Source: Octopus sinensis (Eukaryota). From it: a DNA stretch of 64,000 nt. Under the pieces are notes generated by a model. That model did no database searches and was not told the DNA's origin. It saw only the letters and a list, made by a program, of their open reading frames with translations. The stretch is taken from assembly GCF_006345805.1 (NCBI RefSeq), contig NC_043001.1, positions 74,958,001-75,022,000 on the forward strand, in the 5' to 3' direction. Shown here piece after piece: positions 56,001 through 64,000 of the stretch. The stretch's first letter is position 1. Each line of letters begins with the position of its first letter. The position numbers were made by a program, and so were the translations under genes.

Positions 56001-59000
56001 GGGAACCTATGGTAGAGGTAGACCCAGGAAGGCATGGAATGAGGTGGTGAAGCATGATCTTTGAACTTTGAACCTCACAGAGGGAATGACTAGTGACCAA
56101 AACCTTTGGCAATATGCTCTGCTTAAGAAGACCCGTCAAGCCAAGTGCACCCATGCTGGTGGCACGTAAAAAAATCAACCTTTGAACGTCGGACCTGATG
56201 GAAGCAAAATGGTTGAGTTCCTTTTGAGTGTTTGGCCTAATGGAAGCAAAGTGGCTGAGTTCCTTTTGATTGTTGGGCCTCATGGAGGCAATGACCAAGA
56301 TCTTTGGCACTGTTGTGCTTGTAAAGAAGACCCATCAAGCCAAGCATAGTTGCAGTTGTGATAAATACCGGTGTCGTGCAAATGGCACCCATGTCAGTGG
56401 CACGTAAAACACCTATTACACTCTTGGAGTGGTTAGCGTTAAGAAGGGCATCCAACTGTAGAAAACAATGCCAAATCAGACTGGAGCCTGGAACAGCCTT
56501 CAAGCAAGCCAGCCTGTCAAACCGTCCAGCCCAAGCCAGCATGGACAATGGACGTTAAATGATGATGATATATAGTCTAGCCCATAAATGGCTTTACCAT
56601 CACAGATTTATTTGTTGCTTTTATTTCCATTTTTCATGCTTGCAAGGGTTAGATGAATACATACTATTGAGGTATTGCATAACAGCTGAATGCTGGGTAT
56701 GTGTGTGTATACCCACTGACACACTCTTCATCTCCTTTGACTGAATCATACACCTGCTAATTGACTCACAGGCACACAGATACTACCACACATAAAGCTA
56801 TTTCTCCCAGGGTTCATAATCTTGCAAGCAGCACGTTGGCCTTACTAGTGCTGGTGCCACGGAAAATAGTACTTCATACATACTGTAAAGTTGTTGGTGT
56901 TAGGAGGGCATCGAGCTATAGAAATCCTGCCAAAATAGACAATAGAAGATGATGCAATCATTTTGGACTCTGTCAAACTGTACAACCTATACCAGCAAGA
57001 AGCATAGATGTTAAACAATGATGATCATGATGATAATGATGACACATATGTCATCATCAATTATCATGTTTCATTCCATCGTTAAGCAAAAATAAAGTGG
57101 TGACATTCATTGATATTCCCTGTTGACTACTCATCTTGTTGCTCTGCACTTTCAAAGATGAGTAGAATTGGGGAAAAAATATTCATTACTTGAAAAACAC
57201 AAGGCTAAGCAACAGGAAAGTTGTCCAGTTGCCAAACACTTAGATGTCTTGCAAACAACTTGCACATGCAAGTGCTACCAGTTGAAAACTCCGCATACTG
57301 GAAGCCAGCAAGTGTATGGGGTTATCAGGAGAGAATGCGCGCCATTTCAGGGCCTACCTCTCGACGGCATCAATGCGCACTGCCCCCCCCCTCACTAATA
57401 TGAGGCCCTGCTTGCTAGATCAGCTGGTTATCAAATTAAGCTCAATATCCTTCTAGCCATCGCTCATTGTCTCTTTTTAACCAAATCCAGTGGTTAGCCT
57501 TCTCCACTGTAGATTGGATATCAGTCATGGTGGTATTGACTTTACGATGAGTTAGGCCTAGCGATAACAATAGTCATCTCACACTGTGTCCAACGAGCCC
57601 TCTACATCCGACTGCGATTGGAAAATGTTCCGCTTTCCAGCCTGCGTCTTCACATTCCTCACTGAACCCTAAATTAAATTTTAGACTGGAAAAACAGGTG
57701 TAAAACAAATGTTGCTAGGGTGAGTGAGAAAAAATCCTTGTTACTTTGAATGAACATACAGTTTTTTTATTTTCAGTAACTTTTCTCTTTGGTATATTAA
57801 TAATTATAGAAAATATCCTGCTGTAATTCTAAATCTTAGTTGTACATGTATATGATATTTCTAACTAATGTATCAGAATACATACATATTGTTTTTTTAG
57901 TCGCGGCTGCGAGGATTGATAAGCCAGTCTCTTGAATTAAATCTTGTTGAAGGACCCTTCATAACACCGGACTCCTTATCAATATTCAACCATCCTTCTA
58001 ATAAAGTAAGTTTTTTTTTTATATTTGTTTTTGTATTACTTTATTGTAACCCCAAATTTTATAATAATAATAATAATAATAATGATAATAATCTTCCTTA
58101 ACAAGGTTTTTTTAAAAATATATGCTACCTACTTTTAGTTGTGCTGCATTAAATGTATTGCAAGTTTTCATTTCTTATTTCTTTCTCGGCTTAGTTTAAT
58201 TACTTTTGTGTCGTCACCATCATCAGCACTACCTCCATCACCACTACCATGACAATCACTATCATCAGTGCAAGCACAACCATCCTTGGAATCCACCACC
58301 ATTATTGCAAGATGTATTACCATTTTAGCCATCACCACCATTGTCATCACAACCACTCATCATCATCACCACCACCACTTATCATTACCATCGCAATCAT
58401 TCATCATCATCACCTTTACCAACATTACCATCACATCACCATCATCGTTTTTACTATCATTATCATTACCATCACCATTGTAATCCCCAATTCTACCATC
58501 ATTAATACCACTATTATCATCACTACTACTACCATCATCATGTTTGTTGTGTCCCTTACACTATCTATAAATTTTACTTCAGTCATACATTATTACCAAC
58601 ATCAATCATGAAATCTAATATGAGTGGCGTGCTGAAAAATTCCTGGCTTTAAGGGTAGTGCAAAAGGCCTGGTTGGAGGCCTAACCTTCTGACTTCTTTT
58701 ACAAGGCTTAAAAAAACTGAAGGACCACTGCAATAAGTGTGTGAATCTGAGAGGGGAATATGTTCAATAAAATCATAATTAACTGATCCAGGAACTTTTC
58801 AGTACTCCTTGCATATTAAAAAAAAAGGACTGTTATTTGTGATTATTTAGTCATAAAAACACATCATTAAAGGACGTCAACTGTAGGAATAATGACTTTT
58901 TTTCTTTACTTCTAGGCTTACTTGAAGATCAATAAAGGTTCTGGGTATTTCCATGTTGAATCAGTTCCTACGTCATTTGTAGATGTCAGACTTATCAACC

Positions 59001-62000
59001 ATAACAACACAATACAAGTAAGTGTGGACATGACTCTCATAACGGGGGTCAGGAGTGTCAAACTCATTTGACTTTGTGGACCAAATTAAAGCATAAACTA
59101 GATCTTGTGGGCCAGATGGAGTTAATGATTTCTAAAAACCCTGTTACTGGTGTAGACCAGAGTAAATGGATGAAGAGGTCAGTGTACATTATAACAGTTA
59201 GTTTAGTTTGGCTGTCCTGGATGCTTCACTGATTTCATGTGAGCACACCATCTGTGTGCATACCCATGTCGTGTCATTTGAGCACATACCCTGTCATTCC
59301 ACTGTCCACGTAGGTTAGATGTTGATTCTTCCTTCAACTAATGGCCATAAGACCAGTTGATACACAGGTTTTGCCGGATGCCTGATGCAATGATCAGTAA
59401 TTCTCGTTCTTCTCTGCTGACCCTTCCCAGTCACTTTGGGTAGATGTTGTTAAAGCTGCTCTCGTTGGTTAAATGAGCTCTCCATGTAATCTTCAGTCAA
59501 GATCCTGAGAGTTAGTTTTGTTATAGTACTGAAAGTTGGATTCTCACCAAGAAATATAAGAAGTGTTTATTAACAATAAAAGAAAAGAAATAGTATAAGG
59601 TGTTAGTAAAGATTGTGTGCAGGAATATTTAGAGGAAAAACTCACCTCTATCCAACATATATGTTTGTATGTATATTTATTCCTATGAACGCTTTAGCAT
59701 TTAAACTGACCATATGCATTCCAAATATTCTACTGAGTTTATGTCCAAACTGGCCAGATCCAGTCTCTCGCACCTATCCTGCAATGCTATTCTAAAAGTA
59801 AACAATCATATCATCAAAGTCTTGAATCTACCTGCTTGATTAATTGAAAACAATGTGAATAAACAAGTATTTCATTTAGCAGAGTAATCTTAATGCTAAA
59901 GGTGAAATAAGAGTCTTTAGAGTGAGAACGAGAATAGAAATTGTCAAAATGAATGCATATATTACTTGAAAAGGCTAATGCTTGATAGAAAGCTTGCACT
60001 GTTTTACCTACAAAACCTTTCAATATCATATGACTAGAATCCATTTGGACTAACATAAGCATAAATTTGAAGGAAGAAAAATCTGCTGCTTAACTCAACA
60101 TGTACAGACAAAGTGAAGGGAAAATAGGGCACATTGTTTGAGATAACATTGGTTCCTAAGGGGCACCAACGACATACGAGAACTGCTGTAAATAATGACT
60201 CTTGGGCTTTGACTCTGAATGCATGCCAGTGATTTAGATATATTACAGAATATTTTAAAAATTAAAAAATAAATTTTTTTATGTAAAATTGATGTGGGGC
60301 TTGACAAGACATGTTTCATATTGCTCCACTATGAGGTTTACTCAAGTTCATCTGGATGACAATAAAGGTTTTATTTCTTCCTCACAGTTGAGTGGGGTGT
60401 GGTCAGCTGTAAAGCTAACTGCTCCAGTAATTATCTGTAATCCTAAAACATCACTGTTATTGTATAGATAATGTATGCAACAAACAAAGGAAAATTACAT
60501 GTGAAATAAAACAATGTTCCATTGTAAAAATTAGCTTTTGAAGTCAGAAGGTGTGTGATCATCATTGTCTTCGACTTCATATTGTGTTTCATTTTTTGTT
60601 AGGTATCTACAGCTGGATGCCCTGTAATGCCAGTCACTTTATAGAGTGTTCTGGATGCTTTTTGTTTTTTTTTTGGCATTAGCACTAGAGAGCTATGTCT
60701 TTTAGAATTAAAGGATCCCATGATCTCACATCACTGCTTGCTTTCCAGCCTCTTTACGGAGTGAGAAACATGAATGCAGTTTATTATCTTTTGTTACATT
60801 GTTCTATCTGGTTAAAATATCAAGTGTATTTTGTTGTTTAGGTCATACCCAAACTTGATGGAATGACTCAAGTGAAGGTTCATGATCTCTGCTTGGATTT
60901 GTCACATCCTCCTTCGACCATGGCTCAAGTATCTGGAGTTGGTTACATTCATCTTTATGTCATTGACAAGGTAAGTGCCTTTTTATATCACCATTCATTA
61001 TCAACATTACTTTACTGTTGTTTTCTATGCTGGTATGGATTGGAAGACTATGTCTAGCTCTAATGTCTAGCTGAATGCCCCTCTGAATATCAACATCTTT
61101 ACAATATGTACAAGGGTATCTGCAGAGTTTTAATCCTAAATATTAGAGGTGTGTATTATACACAACTGGATGAAAACTGTATACTATACACAAGAGATAT
61201 TTTTTTCAAAATGTCATATCTCATAATTAGAAGTGCACATTATTTATAAATAAATATGCAGCTCTCCTACTCTCTCATCAATCTCTTTACTTAAAGCATT
61301 TGGAAGTTCTGAAATGATTTGTACTGTATTTTTATTTCTTGTTCTGTATCTGAGGTTTATTGTGACTTTAATATCCCCTGGAAGGTACACACAAATGGTT
61401 TTTCATTGACTTCTCTCTGTGGGCTTGAAGTCCTTCATATTTCAGAGAAAGAGAGCCGAGGCATTTATGTCTTTCCCAGGAAGATTTAACAATATTATAT
61501 GAATTGAAATAGCTAGATTACAAGAATGAAAACCTGTAATTATACAAGTTGTGAATCTATACAATCAGGAGTAGATTCTGTTATTTCCTGCCAGTAGACA
61601 ATTGTCTTGGAGCAAGTAACAAATCAACAAATCTAAAAGGAAGTAGTGGTAGCAAGGTTTTTGTTTTGTTTGTATCTCTTCTTTTTAAGGTTTCTCCCAG
61701 TAAACTAAATGATTTTTATTTTGTGTTTCTGTAGGTTGAACTTGGTAAAGACATAATAGCCAAAGTGAACATCTTAGACATCAATGGTAAACCACTTTCA
61801 GCCAAGTTTTACCACCTCATGAATGTAACACTTTCCACAGAATCTGACATTCTCTCTGTGCAGTAAGTATAGTCAGTTAATTAAGTAACTCATTTTCATC
61901 ACCATTTAATGTCTATTTTACATGCTAGCTTGCACTGGAAAAGACTGCACTGAGATCCGGTGTCAGCTTTAGCATGGTTTTTATAGCTGGATGCCTTTCT

Positions 62001-63342
62001 TAATATGAACCTTTTTACAGTGTGTACTTGGTGTTTCCTTCATGCTACTGGTATTAGTAAGGTCAGCAATATATGTATTGTCATCATCATCATCATTTCA
62101 CATTCATTGTCCATACTGGCATGGGTTATATACACATTCATATTATATAGGTAGTTAGGGTAAATCCCAGCTGTTTCCTCTTGAAGCACAATTGCTTATT
62201 ACTTTATTACAATCAATATGTATCCATAGTTACTGTTGTATGTTAACTAAAACACCAATTAAAGTTGAGAATTGTGAAAATATTACTTGCAGAATTATTA
62301 TATAACAAATCAGGAAAATACTCTTTACTCTTTTACTTGTTCCAGTCATTTGACTGTGGCCATGCTGGTGCACCGCCTTTAGTCGAGCAAATCCACTCCA
62401 GGACATATTCTTTGGAAGCCTAGTACTTATTCTATGGGTCTCTTTTGCTGAGCCGCTAAGTTACGGGGATGTAAACACACCACCATCGGTTGTCAAGCGA
62501 TGGTGAGGGGACAAACACAGACACACAAACATATACACACACACATACATATATATATATATATGTATATATGTATGAGGCATTTATGTGTAATAATGCC
62601 CTCTATACAATATATATATATACACATATATACAATGGGCTTCTTTCAGTTTCCGTCTACCAAATCCACTCAGAAGGGTTTGGTCAGCCCGAGGCTATAG
62701 TAGAAGACACTTGCCCAAGGTGCCACGTTGTGGGACTGAATCCAGAACCATGTGGTTCGTAAGCAAGCTACTTATCACACAGCCAAACTTGGTATAATTT
62801 ATTCTCCATTACTCATTGTTTCATTTGCTAATAGGAATTACAAAGTTTTACATGTTAGATAGACATGTAAGGAATTTCCTATCAAAATTCCTTATATGTC
62901 TATCATGTAAATTTTTGTAATTCCTATTAGCAAATGAAACATGTGTAATGGCAAATAAATAATACCCAAAAAGTTTCTATTTCCTTGTTTTGTTATACAT
63001 ACATATACACACACTCACGCACATGCACACATGTATATATATAGTGACACATGCACACAAACACACAGATGCATGTTTACACTTGCCTAATATGCCATGC
63101 AGTAGGAGGGAACCCATAACTACATAGATGTGAAGCAAATTCATCGCCCCCCCCCCACATACTCACATGCACATGTATATTCATATCATTTTATTTTGTG
63201 TAGGCCAGCATTTGATGATAAAGGTGATTCAACTGAAGCTCAGTATCTTGTCAAAGGCTTACATATCGGTCACACCACACTTACTTGCTCAGCAGTAATG
63301 AAATCTGGAGAAAGAATCTTTAGTAAAACCAAACCAATTGAG
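3135..63342 (+). CDS. NUP210: Nuclear pore membrane glycoprotein 210 (gp210), 5' partial gene: 27 coding exons, 1067 aa, C-terminus (TM helix) beyond window
   Basis: Signal peptide followed by [10 protein letters not shown], plus gp210 motifs ([44 protein letters not shown]). Exons join in frame with GT-AG ends: 3135-3310,13681-13817,15097-15228,15597-15687,19314-19464,22224-22353,25538-25666,28132-28200,29462-29568,32746-32883,33449-33586,35370-35522,36842-36947,39088-39171,42062-42216,44831-44936,45464-45526,48639-48685,49698-49771,51682-51790,54500-54695,54926-55032,57901-58005,58916-59017,60842-60970,61735-61862,63204-63342. Confidence 0.95.
4472..4588. repeat. Imperfect palindrome, ~52-bp arms
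   Basis: TTTAAATCCCAATTC...GCAAATTTAGATT / AATCTAAATTTGC...GAATTGGGATTTAAA. Confidence 0.85.
5083..5620 (-). mobile_element. RTE LINE 3'UTR fragment with 5 x ~65-bp tandem repeat
   Basis: Tail AAGGGCATCCAGCTG...CCCATGCCAGCATGG..GGACGTTAAACGA(C/T)GAT; tandem units start at 5241, 5307, 5373, 5438, 5503. Confidence 0.8.
5790..6330 (-). mobile_element. Degenerate RTE LINE ORF fragment (start of RT domain)
   Basis: Frameshifted minus-strand translation resembles FRI.RQ..RENQDV ... KGDA.ER.NY.GIKL.DQV. Confidence 0.65.
6873..7300 (+). mobile_element. SINE family A copy
   Basis: Same head, (TA)n centre and tail as 1086-1600. Confidence 0.85.
7542..8144 (-). mobile_element. Probable solo LTR inserted in a SINE (TA)n tract
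   Basis: TGTAG...CTACA termini; on minus strand CCAAT (8073-8077), TATAAATA (8047-8054), AATAAA (7701-7706); SINE A sequence continues on both sides. Confidence 0.5.
8282..9466 (+). mobile_element. Decayed near-full-length mariner (DD34D) transposon
   Basis: ~40-bp imperfect TIRs (TCAGTTTGAGTAACAAGTA / TACTTTTTACTCAGCCTGA), TA target; [24 protein letters not shown] motifs with stops and frameshifts. Confidence 0.92.
9670..10045 (-). mobile_element. SINE family A copy
   Basis: Reverse-orientation homologue of 6873-7300. Confidence 0.8.
10912..11127. mobile_element. piggyBac-like MITE
   Basis: TTAA|CCCTTTAGCATT...AAAGGG ends; copies at 10311-10520, 13372-13591, 59690-59903. Confidence 0.7.
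13159..13362. mobile_element. TA-flanked Tc1/mariner/pogo-type MITE
   Basis: TA|CTATATTTTCTGGC...GGAAATACGG|TA; second copy at 44019-44206. Confidence 0.6.
13372..13591. mobile_element. piggyBac-like MITE
   Basis: CCCTTTAGCATT ... AATGCTAAAGAG|TTAA. Confidence 0.7.
13681..13817 (+). CDS. NUP210: NUP210 exon 2
   Basis: ttcaaag|G; (W)[10 protein letters not shown]...TSIIFAEDK; A|gtgagt. Confidence 0.92.
14126..14353 (+). mobile_element. SINE family C with an inverted duplicate of its 5' end
   Basis: B-box GAGTTCAAATTC and GCCTTTCATCCTTTCGGGGTCGATAAA core. Other copies near 21795-21985 (-), 33795-34010 (-), 47440-47640 (+), 48255-48480 (+). Confidence 0.75.
15097..15228 (+). CDS. NUP210: NUP210 exon 3
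   Basis: tttcag|; [14 protein letters not shown]...[18 protein letters not shown]; G|gtaacc. Confidence 0.92.
15597..15687 (+). CDS. NUP210: NUP210 exon 4
   Basis: tttcag|; [13 protein letters not shown]...; AA|gtaagg. Confidence 0.9.
15897..16625 (+). mobile_element. RTE LINE 3' fragment (ORF C-terminus plus 3'UTR)
   Basis: [10 protein letters not shown]...[36 protein letters not shown]; (GAT)n tail. Confidence 0.9.
16667..16883 (-). mobile_element. Mariner-derived MITE (~215 bp)
   Basis: TIRs GAGGGGTGCTG..AGTTCCTG / CAGGAACTTTTCAGCACC; retains transposase C-terminus KCVN.RGEYVE*. Copies near 26050-26320, 48900-49118, 58620-58810. Confidence 0.8.
17697..18090 (+). mobile_element. SINE family A' (family A head with RTE-type 3' tail)
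   Basis: Head as in family A; tail ...CCCATGCAAGCATTGGAAAGTGGACGTTAAA resembles the RTE 3'UTR. Other copies near 31765-32140 (+), 12500-12900 (-), 63570-63900 (-). Confidence 0.7.
19314..19464 (+). CDS. NUP210: NUP210 exon 5
   Basis: ctag|; [13 protein letters not shown]...[14 protein letters not shown]...PIYK; |gtaagt. Confidence 0.92.
20776..20909. mobile_element. hAT (Charlie/MER5-like) MITE
   Basis: CAATGGTTCCTAACC / GGTTGGGAACCACTG TIRs; 8-bp TSD TTTGAGAA / TTTTAGAA. Confidence 0.8.
22224..22353 (+). CDS. NUP210: NUP210 exon 6
   Basis: ttccag|; [19 protein letters not shown]...QIRQNVIT; C|gtaagt. Confidence 0.9.
22515..22835 (-). mobile_element. tRNA-headed SINE family D
   Basis: Minus strand GGCGCACGGCTCAGTGGTTAGAGC...TCGAATCCC, then GTGTTCTTGAGCAAGACACT..CACTCAGCTG core. 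Older copies near 4655, 10545, 42358, 49845. Confidence 0.75.
23647..23990. repeat. Minisatellite of ~8 hairpin-core units attached to an RTE 3'UTR
   Basis: Core GGTGCCAT-TTAC-ATGGCACC repeated with related variable linkers. Confidence 0.8.
24530..25360 (-). mobile_element. Cluster of three partial SINE family A copies
   Basis: Repeated tail (24530, 24765) and head (25010-25135, 25200-25360) segments. Confidence 0.75.
25538..25666 (+). CDS. NUP210: NUP210 exon 7 (followed by U12-type donor)
   Basis: ttcag|; [12 protein letters not shown]...[10 protein letters not shown]; A|gtatccttt. Confidence 0.9.
25695..25975 (+). mobile_element. Mariner (irritans-like) 5' fragment
   Basis: TA|CGAG..GCTGAAAAGT left end; ATG 25869 MEKI*HHDV.KYL...NIHADMV.TLGDD. 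Confidence 0.65.
26380..26600 (-). mobile_element. RTE LINE internal ORF fragment
   Basis: [21 protein letters not shown] motif. Confidence 0.65.
28132..28200 (+). CDS. NUP210: NUP210 exon 8
   Basis: ctag|; [22 protein letters not shown]; A|gtaagt. Confidence 0.9.
29462..29568 (+). CDS. NUP210: NUP210 exon 9
   Basis: ttcag|; [19 protein letters not shown]...KIYPSD; |gtaagt. Confidence 0.92.
29964..30972 (+). mobile_element. Tc1 (DD34E) transposon, decayed and 3'-truncated
   Basis: TA|CAGGGGTTGGACAAAATA left end; ATG 30152 [16 protein letters not shown]; [34 protein letters not shown]. Confidence 0.9.
30973..31181 (-). mobile_element. 5' end of a mariner element
   Basis: TA|TTAGGTTGTCCGGAAAG TIR on minus strand; ATG at 31000 reads MDNQKFHIR. 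Confidence 0.7.
32268..32650 (+). mobile_element. SINE family A copy
   Basis: Full head to GTAAAAGAATAAA tail. Confidence 0.85.
32746..32883 (+). CDS. NUP210: NUP210 exon 10
   Basis: ttcag|; [13 protein letters not shown]...NGSYFHV..LKKG; |gtaagt. Confidence 0.92.
33449..33586 (+). CDS. NUP210: NUP210 exon 11
   Basis: ttcaaag|; EKKHLF...[21 protein letters not shown]; |gtaaga. Confidence 0.88.
34230..34762 (+). mobile_element. Unclassified retroelement-like segment ending in (TAA)n
   Basis: Complex ~530-bp block between SINE C pieces, ending CAATAATGATAATAAT. Confidence 0.4.
35370..35522 (+). CDS. NUP210: NUP210 exon 12
   Basis: tgcag|; [12 protein letters not shown]...VATVNNKG...ADVKN; |gtgagg. 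Confidence 0.92.
36842..36947 (+). CDS. NUP210: NUP210 exon 13
   Basis: ttgtag|; VAVLPPTKI...VEAEI...LLLPV; G|gttgtt. Confidence 0.88.
39088..39171 (+). CDS. NUP210: NUP210 exon 14
   Basis: cttag|; [13 protein letters not shown]...; G|gtgaaa. Confidence 0.85.
39836..40560 (-). mobile_element. R4/Dong-clade LINE 3' fragment (CCHC knuckle plus restriction-like endonuclease) at a (TAA)n tract
   Basis: [11 protein letters not shown]..., [29 protein letters not shown]; (TAA)n at 3' end. Confidence 0.8.
42062..42216 (+). CDS. NUP210: NUP210 exon 15
   Basis: ttcag|; [13 protein letters not shown]...[13 protein letters not shown]; |gtgagt. Confidence 0.9.
43510..43632. repeat. 24-bp tandem repeat (~5 copies) in an RTE 3'UTR copy
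   Basis: Units like ACTTTTATGTGGCACTGCACAAGT. Confidence 0.75.
44831..44936 (+). CDS. NUP210: NUP210 exon 16
   Basis: tttag|; [18 protein letters not shown]; T|gtaagt. Confidence 0.92.
45464..45526 (+). CDS. NUP210: NUP210 exon 17
   Basis: ttccag| ... C|gtaagt; 63 nt, open and phase-consistent, fills the gap between exons 16 and 18. Confidence 0.8.
47659..48045 (+). mobile_element. Young tRNA-derived SINE family E with target-site duplication
   Basis: A box TGGCCCAGTGG, B box GTTTCGATTCC, CpG-rich, TCCA tail; TATTACTTTAAT duplicated at 47641-47652 and 48046-48057. Confidence 0.85.
48639..48685 (+). CDS. NUP210: NUP210 exon 18
   Basis: taaag|; [15 protein letters not shown]; |gtaagt. Confidence 0.87.
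49146..49290. mobile_element. Tc1/mariner-type MITE
   Basis: GGTGGGCCAAAA ... TTTTGGCCCACC inverted ends. Confidence 0.65.
49457..49491 (-). ncRNA. Decayed minimal hammerhead ribozyme motif in a Penelope-like repeat
   Basis: GTTT-CTGAAGA-A-GAGC TTT GCTC-GAAAC-ATA-AAAC on minus strand. Confidence 0.55.
49698..49771 (+). CDS. NUP210: NUP210 exon 19
   Basis: ttcag|; [17 protein letters not shown]; AA|gtaagt. Confidence 0.9.
51040..51579 (+). mobile_element. CR1-like LINE 3' end (open ORF2 C-terminus, 3'UTR, (AATC)n tail)
   Basis: [25 protein letters not shown]...FNILP...FKMKLDLFL; stop at 51489; tail 51558-51579. Confidence 0.88.
51682..51790 (+). CDS. NUP210: NUP210 exon 20
   Basis: ttcag|; [13 protein letters not shown]...LPPCP; |gtaagt. 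Confidence 0.9.
51850..52215 (+). mobile_element. RTE LINE 3' fragment
   Basis: [16 protein letters not shown], then the shared 3'UTR. Confidence 0.8.
52540..52698 (+). mobile_element. RTE LINE ORF N-terminal (APE endonuclease) fragment
   Basis: [23 protein letters not shown], then CIQEVRWRG after a deletion. Confidence 0.75.
52770..52956. repeat. Inverted repeat, ~55-bp arms with ~75-nt spacer
   Basis: GCACTAATGA..CCACATGCTAGAAAT / ATTTCTAGCATGTGG..TCATTAGTGC. Confidence 0.8.
53927..54302 (-). mobile_element. Non-autonomous Helitron
   Basis: Minus strand A|TC...(GTCT)n...GC hairpin CCGAGCAACGCCAGG...CTAG|T; no TSD. Confidence 0.75.
54500..54695 (+). CDS. NUP210: NUP210 exon 21
   Basis: tacag|; IPVHC...[17 protein letters not shown]; G|gtaagt. 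Confidence 0.92.
54926..55032 (+). CDS. NUP210: NUP210 exon 22
   Basis: ttcag|; [18 protein letters not shown]; |gtaagt. Confidence 0.88.
55640..56568 (+). mobile_element. RTE LINE 3' fragment with internal duplications
   Basis: [28 protein letters not shown]; homologous to 15897-16625. Confidence 0.88.
57901..58005 (+). CDS. NUP210: NUP210 exon 23
   Basis: ttttag|; SLELNLVE...SIFNHPSNK; |gtaagt. Confidence 0.9.
58210..58610. repeat. Degenerate (CAT/CAC)n low-complexity tract
   Basis: Trinucleotide-rich sequence. Confidence 0.8.
58916..59017 (+). CDS. NUP210: NUP210 exon 24
   Basis: tctag|; [12 protein letters not shown]; |gtaagt. Confidence 0.9.
59280..59510 (-). mobile_element. Second RTE-like LINE family, ORF C-terminal remnant
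   Basis: Frameshifted [34 protein letters not shown]. Confidence 0.6.
60842..60970 (+). CDS. NUP210: NUP210 exon 25
   Basis: tttag|; VIP..G...VHDLCL...VIDK; |gtaagt. Confidence 0.9.
61735..61862 (+). CDS. NUP210: NUP210 exon 26
   Basis: gtag|; [20 protein letters not shown]; CA|gtaagt. Confidence 0.9.
62321..62785 (-). mobile_element. SINE family A copy (young, CpG-retaining)
   Basis: Highly similar to 1086-1600. Confidence 0.85.
62785..62976. repeat. Imperfect palindrome, ~90-bp arms
   Basis: GTTTCATTTGCTAATAGGAATTACAAA / TTTGTAATTCCTATTAGCAAATGAAAC, with flanking matches. Confidence 0.9.
63204..63342 (+). CDS. NUP210: NUP210 exon 27
   Basis: gtag|; [13 protein letters not shown]...[12 protein letters not shown]; |gtaatg. 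Confidence 0.9.
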
Positions 63343-64000
63343 GTAATGTATATTATATATTGTTTCTTTTTGTTTATTTAAAGAAGCAGATAATTTATAC
63401 AACTATTTATCTCTTATTTATGACAAAAAACTGAAACATTAGTCTCTGCTACCAAGAGGTTTATAGATTAGGAAGTTATTAGCAATAAAGTATGTATTTT
63501 AGATTCTAAATTTGTTAGAATTTTAGTATTTTGCATAGCATTTGTCTACCATTATCTTTGTTTTAATGTTCATTTTTCCATCCTTGCATCGGTCGGATGG
63601 AATTTACTGAGGTAGATTTTCTAAGACCAGATGCCCTTCCTATCCCCAACTCCCACCTATTTCTGAGTAATTTTTTTTTCCACCCTTATAAGCCAGACAT
63701 GTTTTCATAGAAGATTGGACACTGATACGCTTGCATGACAGTGATGCTCATTTACAACTATCCTGTGATTTCAAAACAAAGAGACATTAACACACTCAGA
63801 TCTATATATGTCAGGTTTCTATCAGTGTCTGTCTCCCAAATCTGTTCATAAGGCTTTAGTTGGTTTGGGACTCTAGTTGAATGCCTAAGGTTCCTTGTGC
63901 TATTGTTTAGAGTCTGAATTTGCCTGCAGTGAAATATATTGATCAGTTGTTGCTAAGATTCCAAGATTGTTATCAACCATATTGTGTTACACCCTCAGTC

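Noticed and set aside
58249-58611. His/Ile/Thr-rich ORFs
   Set aside because: Translation of (CAT/CAC)n low-complexity DNA

Overview
AT-rich eukaryotic genomic DNA. The repeat families look like those I associate with Octopus or related coleoid cephalopods, which is an inference and not a database match. The window holds the 5' portion of one intron-rich + strand gene, nuclear pore membrane glycoprotein 210 (NUP210/gp210). I assembled 27 phase-consistent GT-AG coding exons from the ATG at 3135 to 63342 (3201 nt, 1067 aa), and the gene continues past the window end. Intron 7 (25667-28131) has minor-spliceosome (U12) signals. The introns are filled with tRNA-headed SINEs, RTE, CR1-like and R4/Dong LINE fragments, decayed mariner and Tc1 elements, several MITE families, a non-autonomous Helitron, a probable solo LTR and microsatellites. 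The best leads are: a SINE/LINE shared 3' tail with a covarying stem-loop, one SINE head carried on two different LINE tails, a decayed Penelope-type minimal hammerhead ribozyme, hairpin-unit minisatellites seeded at one RTE 3'UTR site, and many fold-back hairpins near exons. No prokaryotic or CRISPR system is present, and most entries in the ORF track are spurious.
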